Shown here one piece after another: positions 21,901-29,821 of a stretch of 64,000 nt of DNA (position 1 is its first letter; the number at the start of each line of letters is the position of its first letter). The stretch lies in contig CAWDQH010000032.1 of NCBI GenBank assembly GCA_963804415.1, positions 132,435 through 196,434 of the forward strand. The letters are read 5' to 3'. Made by a program: the position numbers and the translations under genes. The DNA is from an uncultured cyanobacterium (GTDB lineage Bacteria > Cyanobacteriota > Cyanobacteriia > Cyanobacteriales > Nostocaceae). Under the pieces are notes generated by a model. The model was not told the DNA's origin and searched no databases. It worked only from the letters and a program-made list of their open reading frames with translations.

Positions 21901-22079
21901 TCCCGCTAATTACCGACGGAGGTAGTTTCTGGCAACCTCTAGCAATTGCGATCGCGGGTGGTATTGGAGGTTCTCCCTTACTGGCGCTTTATTTTACCCC
22001 TGCGGCTTATTTGTTAGTGAAAAAGCGGAGGAGGAATCCTCGTAGACGACAGCTTTTGCTTCCTCCGGCGGTTTCTTGA
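18915..22079 (+). CDS. RND efflux transporter permease (AcrB/AcrD/AcrF family)
   Basis: LPRQEDP, FPGASAERVE, GLLIDNAIVV, GIAINGAII; 1054 aa. Confidence 0.95.
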   Translation: MVLPFFRNIRLLILTFILIIFWGFSAFQSLPRQEDPELVARTAVITTRFPGASAERVEALVTEVIESEISEVKEITTVTSDSRVGLSAISIELKDAVIDAEPIWSRVRDRLADATVQFPPGVLEPDLDEAQMRAYAVIASLVWEGESEPNYAILRRFAEELDVQLRGVGGTEAVDSFGFPSEEIAVEINPSDLAAVGLNAQQLSQQIQQSDAKTSAGQLRSSENTLAIEVEGELDSLERIRQIPISSTANGQFTRLGDVARVNRGIRQPVTDLALIGSKPGVALGVLMESGNRIDLWAEKIHLQLDDFRSRLPKGIKLEVIFDQSGYVKTRLDSLISNLLFSAVLVVAVTFVGMGWRSSIIVGAALPLTVFAVFGELQVFNIPIHQMSVSGLIIALGLLIDNAIVVVDEIQVELKAGLKPKDAVVKTVNYLTVPLLTSTLTTMLTFLPIALMAGTGGEFVGSIAVSVIMSLVSSFAISLTVIAALSGRFLGKTIVHRKSKSRKSLLSKLKNPDAWWNAGFSSAFLGRIYRKTLNWATAKPVIAVILTMIMPVMGFINVGSLPSQFFPSLDRDQFQIEVEFPAQTSIAQTREDVLLARKLIREHSQVEEVHWFVGENAPKFYYNFTGGIKNAAYYAQAMVQLNTDKEVKPLISNLQQELDSAFPQARILVKQLEQGPPFEAPVELRIYGPDIEQLRILGAIVRQVLTQIPNVTHARDDLTETIPKLGLTVDEEQARLVGLDNTAIAQQLQSYLEGAVGGSILEATENLPVRVRIANANRGDLSEIASLNLQPNQQSGATEPNLRPLSALGEFNLVPQLAKISRRNEQRVNTVQAFITAGILPSTVLEELQTRLEAEKFESKLPPGYRYEFGGEQAERSEAVGKLLSTVGILSLIMIITLVLSLGSFRLAGIVLAVAVASVGLALFALWTFGSVFGFMAIVGTMGLIGIAINGAIIILSAFNENERARQGDVKAVREVVVKATRHVLTTTITTMVGFIPLITDGGSFWQPLAIAIAGGIGGSPLLALYFTPAAYLLVKKRRRNPRRRQLLLPPAVS

Positions 22080-22189
22080 TTGTGAGTGGTAGGAGAAAGT
22101 AAGTAACGTAAGAATAGTAACAGTTATATGAACTGCAACCCGACAGCGTATCTGCGAGACATCGGCTTAATATTTCTTCGGCATTCTAA

Positions 22190-22280
22190 CTAGTACGTGA
22201 AGGCATAAGGCGCAAAAGCTTATATAGTAAGCTTTTTACTAATGAAAAATGTTTGCTTTATTTACGCCGTCTTGTACTAA
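22190..22280 (-). mobile_element. MITE-like element with CTAGTAC/GTACTAG ends (copy A)
   Basis: Reverse complement ttagtacaagacggcgtaaataaagca... aligns with 24758-24861. Confidence 0.65.
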
Positions 22281-22498
22281 ACTTATTTACCACATCGGCA
22301 TCAAAAGTATATAAGACCAGGTATCATAAGTCACCCTTCTGGATGTGCGGTAAATACGGATTTAAAGCCTTAAATTATTACAAACTATGTATTTATCTTG
22401 ATTTATTTTAAAATCTCAAGTTTTCGCACTTCAATTCTCATTATTGCTGACAGGATCAAATTAGTCATCGGTTTAATTAGTAATTTTTGAGGATTAAA

Positions 22499-23545
22499 AT
22501 GTCAATTCATAAATGTCATCACAAATGTCAGTGCATGTTTATTCCTCCTCCAGTTCTTGAAAAGTTAGCAAAAGCAGGAAGAGGGAATGCGCGATTAACT
22601 ATTCAGCAAAGCAAGATAAGTCGTGCAAGCAGAAGTGAAAAGGTTGTCCCAATGGCTCAGTTTGCAGGAATTGCACCTCCAGGGCAAGGTCCTCTGAAAG
22701 TCTATGACTGCAAAAATACTTGGGAGCAAAGGGTTGAACCTCCCGTCAGAAAAGAAGGCGGCGCGGACACTGGAGATGAAGCGGTGGACAAAGCTTATGA
22801 CTATGCTGCCATCGTTCGCGACTACTTCAAGAAGGAATTGAGCCGAAATTCCATCGATAACGTTGGCATGGATATCATTCTCAACGTCCACTTTGGCGAA
22901 GAATATAATAATGCTTTTTGGGATGGCGACGAGATGACTTTTGGGGACGGCGATGGCATCATCTTCGTCAATTTCGCTAAGTCTATCGATGTAGTTGCTC
23001 ACGAACTAGTACATGGGGTTACGCAGTTCACGGCAAACCTCGATTATTACAGTCAGTCGGGTGCTTTGAACGAGCATTTCTCAGATGTCTTTGGTAGTGT
23101 GATAGCACAATTCCTCAGTAATCAGACTGCACATGATGCAGATTGGCTTATTGGTGACGAAATCATGGGACCAGAACTATATGGAGAAGCGCTTCGTTCG
23201 ATGAAGGCACCTGGAACAGCCTACGATAACCCCATTATGGGTACAGATCCCCAACCTGCTCACATGAAGGACTACTATAGTGGTCTTGGAGACAACCAGG
23301 GGGTGCATATCAACAGTGGCATTCCCAACAAGGCATTTTACCTTGTGGCAATGGATATGGGCACAGATAAGGCGGCGCAGATCTGGTACCATGCTCTGCA
23401 AAATCTTTGGGCTACAGCATATTTTAACGATGCTGTTGATGTGATTACCGAATCGGCAAGAATTCTGACTAAAAATAAGAAAGTACCTCCAGGTTCAACC
23501 CAAGCCGTTCGCTCGGCGTTCAAAGCAGTAGGGCTGCCTATTTAG
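22499..23545 (+). CDS. M4 family (protealysin-like) zinc metallopeptidase
   Basis: Propeptide FIPPPVL (PPL-like motif), NAFWDG, HELVH, GALNEHFSD, GVHINSG. Confidence 0.95.
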   Translation: MSIHKCHHKCQCMFIPPPVLEKLAKAGRGNARLTIQQSKISRASRSEKVVPMAQFAGIAPPGQGPLKVYDCKNTWEQRVEPPVRKEGGADTGDEAVDKAYDYAAIVRDYFKKELSRNSIDNVGMDIILNVHFGEEYNNAFWDGDEMTFGDGDGIIFVNFAKSIDVVAHELVHGVTQFTANLDYYSQSGALNEHFSDVFGSVIAQFLSNQTAHDADWLIGDEIMGPELYGEALRSMKAPGTAYDNPIMGTDPQPAHMKDYYSGLGDNQGVHINSGIPNKAFYLVAMDMGTDKAAQIWYHALQNLWATAYFNDAVDVITESARILTKNKKVPPGSTQAVRSAFKAVGLPI

Positions 23546-23609
23546 TGCAGGGCTTTATAAAAGTTACTCTTGCGTCGATCAACCATTAAACTTAGTTATC
23601 GGTTGTATC

Positions 23610-23811
23610 TCACATCTTGCACCATTCCCGTTAAGCCCGAATACCCGCCTTGTAAGCCGGAGGCTTTCTCGCAGAGAAATCAATTTTAGGGCTGCATATG
23701 TAAAGTACGTTGAAACGCACTAAAATCCTTATTCAGTCTTCTTTAGAAGACTTAGTATGTAAGCCTGGGAATTTATTCCAAGGCGATTGTTGATAATGGT
23801 GCAAGATGTAA
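23610..23811. mobile_element. 202-bp MITE with terminal inverted repeats and 8-bp target-site duplication
   Basis: TIR acatcttgcaccatt / aatggtgcaagatgt; flanked by gttgtatc at 23602-23609 and 23812-23819. Confidence 0.85.
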
Positions 23812-23916
23812 GTTGTATCCTACCTATCAAAAAGTCAAGGTTGACCGACGCGGGAGTAAGATTATCGTAAGACTGTAGCGCGTCATCAAATAGTTAACAT
23901 TAAATTAGCACTAACC

Positions 23917-24238
23917 ATGAACATCGACTTTGAGTGTTCGGGAGGATTTGCGAATCTGTCTTTAAAATATCATGCAGATACGCAACAGCTTCCACTAAAA
24001 ATCAAAGAAGAAATCTTAAGGCTTGTAGAAAGTTCTGGAATCTTCGAGCTTGAACAAAGTGATGTGGTTTCTACCTCGGCTGGTTCCTCCTGATGTGTTC
24101 TTTTATCAGCTATGCGTATTTGAAGGTGATAGAAAGAAGTCTTTGTCATTTAATGATGTTACGGCTCCAACTTCATTAAGACCTTTGCTTAAGCTTTTGC
24201 GAAAGCTGGCTTTGGAGCAACGTCGGCAAGGTAAATAG
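23917..24238 (+). CDS. Emfourin (protealysin inhibitor, M4in); one frameshift near 24085
   Basis: MNIDFECSGGFANL...LVESSGIFEL then PPDVFFYQL...APTSLRPLL in a shifted frame; SGGFAG-like and PD-F-Y motifs; follows the M4 peptidase. Confidence 0.8.
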
Positions 24239-24285
24239 TGTTCGTAAAGGTAGGTGAAACGATAAAAAAGTTCTGTTAAATCAAT

Positions 24286-24756
24286 ATGTTCAAAACTCAA
24301 AAATTGCTTTTTATAATACTGCTTGGGCTGCTAATTATTGGATGTAATCCGGCTACTAGTATACCAATTAGCCAAAACCCAAATCAATTGCCAAATTCGA
24401 TTTCTGTTAATTTTAATAACCAATTTCGGCTAAAGCCAAATGATGTCGCACTTATAGCCTCTGACAACATTAAAATCAAATTTTTGAAGGTAGAGGAAGA
24501 TTCGAGATGTCCGAATGAGGTTCAATGTATTTGGCCTGGACAAGTAAAAGTTCTAGTTAATGTCGTAAAAGATGAGATGGAATTTGGTAATTTAAATTTA
24601 ACCAGTAGGGTGGGAGGAGAAGATTTATCTGTAAAAACGTTTGATGATTATTCAATAAAACTAATAGAAGTACTTCCTTATCCAAAGAAGAATCAAAAAC
24701 TTGAAATTTCAGATTATCTCGTTACTTTATTCGTTTCTCAAAGATCGGGAGTTTAA
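24286..24756 (+). CDS. Conserved hypothetical lipoprotein
   Basis: Lipobox LIIGC; EDSRCP..VQCIWPG motif. Confidence 0.7.
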   Translation: MFKTQKLLFIILLGLLIIGCNPATSIPISQNPNQLPNSISVNFNNQFRLKPNDVALIASDNIKIKFLKVEEDSRCPNEVQCIWPGQVKVLVNVVKDEMEFGNLNLTSRVGGEDLSVKTFDDYSIKLIEVLPYPKKNQKLEISDYLVTLFVSQRSGV

Positions 24757-24757
24757 C

Positions 24758-24861
24758 CTAGTACAGTACGGCGTAAATAAAGCACCCATTACCAACGGTT
24801 AAAATCCTTATCCTATAAGACTTTTTACTTCTTACTTTTTGCTTCCGCGCAGCGGTACTAG
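24758..24861 (+). mobile_element. MITE-like element with CTAGTAC/GTACTAG ends (copy B)
   Basis: ctagtacagtacggcgtaaataaagca...gcggtactag; homologous to 22190-22280 in opposite orientation. Confidence 0.65.
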
Positions 24862-24918
24862 TAGTCCTTAACTTACAAAAGAATTACATCCATATATACA
24901 AAAATTATCTTACCAAAA

Positions 24919-25791
24919 TCAATCAAACTTCTCTCCCCTAGCCAAAAGCTCAATAAACTCGCTACGAGTTAAATTATTTTCCTGAGCTTTTTTATCCAAA
25001 TTTTCCCAAGCAGTATCTGTAAGTCGTAGCGATCGCACTTGTTTTGCTTCTTGATAATCTTGCTCAAACTTCCCAGAGCTAGAACGTTTGCGTCGTGAGC
25101 TTTTATTCCGAATCCCAGCGAATTGATTTCCATCTGTTTTTTGCTCTCCAACAATCAAGCCAACCAAACATTTAATTAATCTTTCCCGCTCCATTGGCAT
25201 AATTTCTCCAGCCTGAAGCATATACTCAATCATGGTGTAATGCACCAAAGCACCTAAAAATACTCGTGTTGTTGCTTCTGGATCTGCAATTTGTAATTTA
25301 GGATGCGAACGTAGATAGTTAGCTATAACTTGAACAACATTTTTATCTATATGACTAACCATGTATTGCGCGAGCATCGGAAATCGTCCCGACTCCGCAA
25401 TCATCAAGCGGATTAAATCTAGAAATTCTGGCGATTGACTAACATCTTTCGCAAATTGATTTAATAAATGGCTGGCAAAATTATTTAAAACTTCCGCTGG
25501 CTCTGCCCCAAACATCTCTGGATTTAGCTGATTTAAAGCAACTCCATGACTTGTAATTAAACGCTCAATTAAAGCAATAAATAATTTTTCCTTGTCCTGA
25601 AAATAGCTGTATACAGTGGTTTTTGAAACTCCTGCTGCTGCTGTGACTTTATCCATTGTGGTTCCAGCAAAACCGTGAGTCAAAAATTCCTGCATCGCAC
25701 CTTGCAAAATCGCTTCGACTTTTTCTTGTGATTGCAAACTGTCTGTATTACTCTTCTCTGTTTTTTTAATTATCTTTTTTCTAGCTTGCAT
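24919..25791 (-). CDS. TetR/AcrR regulator with C-terminal ribbon-helix-helix-like extension
   Basis: HTH GFAGTTMDKVTAAAGVSKTTVYSYFQDKEKLF; tail VRSLRLTDTAWENLDKKAQENNLTRSEFIELLAR. Confidence 0.85.
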   Translation of the reverse strand: MQARKKIIKKTEKSNTDSLQSQEKVEAILQGAMQEFLTHGFAGTTMDKVTAAAGVSKTTVYSYFQDKEKLFIALIERLITSHGVALNQLNPEMFGAEPAEVLNNFASHLLNQFAKDVSQSPEFLDLIRLMIAESGRFPMLAQYMVSHIDKNVVQVIANYLRSHPKLQIADPEATTRVFLGALVHYTMIEYMLQAGEIMPMERERLIKCLVGLIVGEQKTDGNQFAGIRNKSSRRKRSSSGKFEQDYQEAKQVRSLRLTDTAWENLDKKAQENNLTRSEFIELLARGEKFD

Positions 25792-25998
25792 ATTTAAGTG
25801 ATGATTTTCTGTGGTAATGCTGATGCGGGGTTGCGTCTATTGAATCAACTTACCATGTATTACAAAAGTACTCTATCATTTTTTAGCTTAAGTTAGTAGG
25901 TTTGTAATGACAACATACACCTAAAGATAGATTTATCTGATGCGTAAAATACTTAAAAGTATCTCTATACAAGGATTAAATAGCTAAACCTACTCTAT

Positions 25999-26072
25999 AT
26001 ACTAATCCAAACAGCTTGACAAAAACTGCTGGACTGTTTAGTTTAGTATTAAGCGATTAAACGATTTAGTTC
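25999..26072 (+). promoter_or_regulatory. Putative sigma70 promoter of devBCA overlapped by TetR-like inverted repeats
   Basis: TTGACA at 26016, then 17 bp, then TAGTTT; atactaatccaaacag / ctgtttagtttagtat inverted pair and attaaacgatttagt. Confidence 0.5.
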
Positions 26073-26097
26073 ACTCTTATTTTTCTTGAGAGGAATT

Positions 26098-27408
26098 ATG
26101 GTTAACAGTACATTTTTGAGAATACCCAAAATTAAGCCTCGAAAGACTTTAATACTAGGCATTAGCGCCAGTATGTTAGCAGGTGGAGTGCTATTATCTC
26201 AACTTATCAACAGCCATGTATTACAAACTAAGCAAGCAGAAAAAGAACAGCAGGTAGTTATTCCTGAAATTCTTACAGTGACAGCATTAGGTAGACTTCA
26301 GCCCCAAGGAGAAGTTATTAAAATTGCTGCATCTTCATCAGGGCAAGGTGGGCAAGGGAATAAAATAGACAAGTTATTAGTTAAGGAAGGGGAAGAGGTA
26401 CAAGCAAAACAGGTAATTGCAGTTTTGGATAACAGCGATAAGCTCAAAGCTGCATACGAAAAAGCCAAGGAAACTGTTGCGATCGCACAAGCTAATTTAG
26501 CAAAAGTTCAAGCTGGTGCGAAAACTGGTGAAATTGAAGCGCAAAAAGCTGAAATTGGCAGAATCCAAGCGCAGTCTTTGGGAGAGGAAAGAGCGCAAAC
26601 AGAAGCAATATCGAGATTAGAAGCGCAATATGAAGGAGATAAAGCGACACAAAGAGCCAGTGTCAGAAGATTGGAAGCTGAATTAAGTAATGCTCGTTCA
26701 GAATTTCGTCGTTACGAAAAGTTATATCAAAATGGTGCAATTTCTCAGTCGGATTTTGATAGCAGACATTTGAAGGTAGATACTGTTTTACAGCAACTAA
26801 ACGAAGCGAAAGCAACTTTAGCAAGAACAGAAAGTACTGGAAGCAGACAGATTCAAGAAGCGAAAGCGGTTTTGAGTAGAATTCAGAATGCTAGCAGTCA
26901 GCAAGTAAGTTCTGCTGAAGGAACGTTGAGTAAAATTACTGAAGTTCGTCCGGTTGATGTAGCAGCAGCTAAAGCAGAATTAAGACAAGCTGTAGCAGCA
27001 GAAAAAGAAGCAAAAGCTAATTTCGAGCAATCTTTAATTAAAGCACCCACAGACGGTGTAATTTTAAAAATCAATAGTAGAAGTGGGGAAACTGCTTCTA
27101 ATGATGGAATTGTTGAGCTAGGGCAAGTACAGCAGATGATGGTTGTGGCTGAAGTTTATCAAGCTCATATTGGCAAGATAAAAGAAAATCAAAATGTGCA
27201 AGTAACTAGTAATTCTGTGGGTGTTGATTTAAAAGGTAAAGTTGATTCTATCGGTTGGCAAATACAGCGTCAAAATGTGATTAATGCAGATCCAAGTGAG
27301 AATATTGACGCGAGGGTGGTAGAGGTTAAGGTGCTTTTGGATGAGGAATCGAGTAAAAAAGCTGCTAAGTTAACTAATTTGCAAGTAAAGACAATTTTTG
27401 AGTTGTGA
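26098..27408 (+). CDS. DevB-family ABC exporter membrane fusion protein
   Basis: VTALGRLQPQGEVI, VAEVYQ, ARVVEVKV, LTNLQV. Confidence 0.92.
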   Translation: MVNSTFLRIPKIKPRKTLILGISASMLAGGVLLSQLINSHVLQTKQAEKEQQVVIPEILTVTALGRLQPQGEVIKIAASSSGQGGQGNKIDKLLVKEGEEVQAKQVIAVLDNSDKLKAAYEKAKETVAIAQANLAKVQAGAKTGEIEAQKAEIGRIQAQSLGEERAQTEAISRLEAQYEGDKATQRASVRRLEAELSNARSEFRRYEKLYQNGAISQSDFDSRHLKVDTVLQQLNEAKATLARTESTGSRQIQEAKAVLSRIQNASSQQVSSAEGTLSKITEVRPVDVAAAKAELRQAVAAEKEAKANFEQSLIKAPTDGVILKINSRSGETASNDGIVELGQVQQMMVVAEVYQAHIGKIKENQNVQVTSNSVGVDLKGKVDSIGWQIQRQNVINADPSENIDARVVEVKVLLDEESSKKAAKLTNLQVKTIFEL

Positions 27409-27539
27409 GAATTTGTCCAACTTCCAAAAGATTACTGATAAAAAAACCGCAGAGTACGCTGAGGAAAGAGATTAAGAGAAATAGTAATTTTTATTTCTAT
27501 TTATTGATGTTTAAATACAGACTAAAATCCAAAATCATC

Positions 27540-28715
27540 ATGCTGGGATTTATTCAACAACTTCAACGTCGCACTCCTTTGGGATGGTTGCAACTTTCAC
27601 GTCACAAAGGGCGGTTTATTGTGGCACTTTCGGGAATCGCTTTTGCTGATATTCTGATGTTTATGCAGCTTGGGTTTCAAAGTTCTCTGTTTGAAAGTAA
27701 TACAAAGTTAAATCGTGCGGTACTTTCAGATATTGTCTTAATTAGTTCTCAAGCTAAAAGTACTCAAAATTTATCTACATTTCCTCGAAATAGATTATTT
27801 GAAGCATCTGACGTACCAGGAGTTAAAGCTGCTGAACCTATGTATGTGGGAATGGTGTCTTGGAGAAATCCCCAAACAAGAAAAAAAGTTCAGGTACAAG
27901 CAATTGGATTTAACCCAGAAATACCTGCTTTGAAAATACCCGAAGCTAACGCACAGCTTGATAAAATTCAATTACCAGATAGATTTTTATTTGATAAAGC
28001 AGCTAGGGGAGAATACGACCAAATTTATGCCAAAGTCGAAGCAGGAGAAGAAGTTTCTACAGAGATTGGTAGAAGAACAATTACTGTCAACGGACTATTT
28101 AAATTTGGTGCTTCCTTTGCTGCGGATGGGATGTTGCTTTCGAGCGATAATAATTATTTACGCTTGTTTCCTAAGCAAAAAGCAAGCAGTGTAAACATTG
28201 GTTTAATTTATATTGAACCGGGATATGAAGCTGAAGAAGTTGTAAAGAGAATTAAAGAATATTTACCTGAAGACGTAAAAGTTCTGACACAAGAAGGTTT
28301 TTTGCAATTTGAATTAGATGTACTTACAAAAGAGAGTCCAATTGCTTTTGTTTTCACTTTCGGTGTCGCGATGGGCTTTTTTATTGGAGTAATTATTGTT
28401 TATCAAATCCTTTCAACAGATGTAAATTCCCATTTAAAAGAATACGCGACATTCAAAGCAATGGGTTATGGAAATAATTATTTGTTAAGTGTGGTTTTTG
28501 AAGAAGCAATTATTATTGCCACATTTGGTTTTATTCCCGGTTTCTTCATTCCATTAGGTTTATATAGTTTAGCTGCAACCGCGACTAATTTACCTATTTA
28601 TATGACGGTTTCGCGAGCAATTACTGTTTTTATATTAACTGTAATTGTCTGTGCCATTTCTGGAGTATTTGCAACTCAAAAGTTACAGTCTGCCGATCCA
28701 GCGGATATGTTTTAG
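27540..28715 (+). CDS. DevC-family ABC exporter permease
   Basis: RRTPLGWLQL, GIAFADILMFMQLGF, EYATFKAMGY, KLQSADPADMF. Confidence 0.95.
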   Translation: MLGFIQQLQRRTPLGWLQLSRHKGRFIVALSGIAFADILMFMQLGFQSSLFESNTKLNRAVLSDIVLISSQAKSTQNLSTFPRNRLFEASDVPGVKAAEPMYVGMVSWRNPQTRKKVQVQAIGFNPEIPALKIPEANAQLDKIQLPDRFLFDKAARGEYDQIYAKVEAGEEVSTEIGRRTITVNGLFKFGASFAADGMLLSSDNNYLRLFPKQKASSVNIGLIYIEPGYEAEEVVKRIKEYLPEDVKVLTQEGFLQFELDVLTKESPIAFVFTFGVAMGFFIGVIIVYQILSTDVNSHLKEYATFKAMGYGNNYLLSVVFEEAIIIATFGFIPGFFIPLGLYSLAATATNLPIYMTVSRAITVFILTVIVCAISGVFATQKLQSADPADMF

Positions 28716-28807
28716 GATTTGGGAATTGCTAAAAGATAAGTTAATGAAATCAAATAACTCCTAGCTTCTAACTCATAAATCTTAATTATTATAATCCAAA
28801 ATTTAAA

Positions 28808-29515
28808 ATGAATATTGAACCAGCTATTTCCATCCATAGTCTTAACCATTACTTTGGTAAAGGACAACTCCGAAAACAGGCTTTATTTGATATTGATTTA
28901 GAAATACAAACTGGTGAAATTATTATTATGACTGGCCCCTCTGGTTCTGGAAAAACAACGCTTTTGACAATTTGTGGTGGTTTGCGTTCTGCTCAAGAAG
29001 GCAGTATTAAAGTATTGGGAAAAGAACTATCTGGTGCTTCTGCAAAACAATTAACAATCGCTAGACGCAATAATGGTTATATTTTCCAAGCACATAATTT
29101 ACATGGAAGCTTGACTGCACTTCAAAACGTAAGAATGGGTTTAGAAGTTCGTCCTCATATTTCTACTCAAGAAATGCATAAAAAGTCAATAGAAATGTTA
29201 GAAATAGTTGGTTTAGGAGAAAGAGTAAATTATTATCCCGATGATTTATCTGGCGGACAAAAACAAAGGGTTGCTATAGCAAGAGCGCTTGTTAGTCAAC
29301 CAAAAATTGTTTTAGCAGATGAACCAACTGCTGCACTTGATAAAAAAACCGGACGCGATGTGGTTGATATTATGCAAAAACTAGCGAAAGAACAACGCTG
29401 TACGATTCTGATGGTAACTCACGATAACAGGATTTTAGATATTGCCGATCGCATTGTTTATATGGAAGATGGAAAATTAGCTCCTCTACCAGAATCGATG
29501 GAAGTTTCTCATTAG
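28808..29515 (+). CDS. DevA-family ABC exporter ATP-binding protein
   Basis: GPSGSGKTT, LSGGQKQR, LADEPT, VTHDNR. Confidence 0.95.
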   Translation: MNIEPAISIHSLNHYFGKGQLRKQALFDIDLEIQTGEIIIMTGPSGSGKTTLLTICGGLRSAQEGSIKVLGKELSGASAKQLTIARRNNGYIFQAHNLHGSLTALQNVRMGLEVRPHISTQEMHKKSIEMLEIVGLGERVNYYPDDLSGGQKQRVAIARALVSQPKIVLADEPTAALDKKTGRDVVDIMQKLAKEQRCTILMVTHDNRILDIADRIVYMEDGKLAPLPESMEVSH

Positions 29516-29821
29516 TTCTATTTTTAATTCCTCGGCTCTACGATTACCGATTTCTATAAACCGACGCTTGACGTAAAGAGCGCAGAGGAAAGAGTTTGAA
29601 GAGAGGCTGAAAAATTTACCATGAAATTTATAACAGATTTTGCGGCTCGCAGTCCGCCATTTACAGCAAATCAAGTCAAACGTTTGATTTAATAGGCACT
29701 AATACACCTTTAAAACTTCTTGCAGAAGTTAGAGAAAGAATAAAAAACCATGCTCTTTTTGCTATTTCTCTTCTCTTACCTATAGATACAAAGCTGATTA
29801 ACAAATTCAAAGGAAACTAAA

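Noticed and set aside
25857-25920. NtcA boxes upstream of devBCA
   Set aside because: Both candidates are GTA-N9-TAC, not the canonical GTA-N8-TAC. The operon also has its own TetR, so it is not called the heterocyst devBCA.
27405-27539. 45-aa N-terminal extension of DevC in the ORF track
   Set aside because: It spans an AACCGCAGAG repeat and AT-rich spacer; the family-like start is the ATG at 27540.
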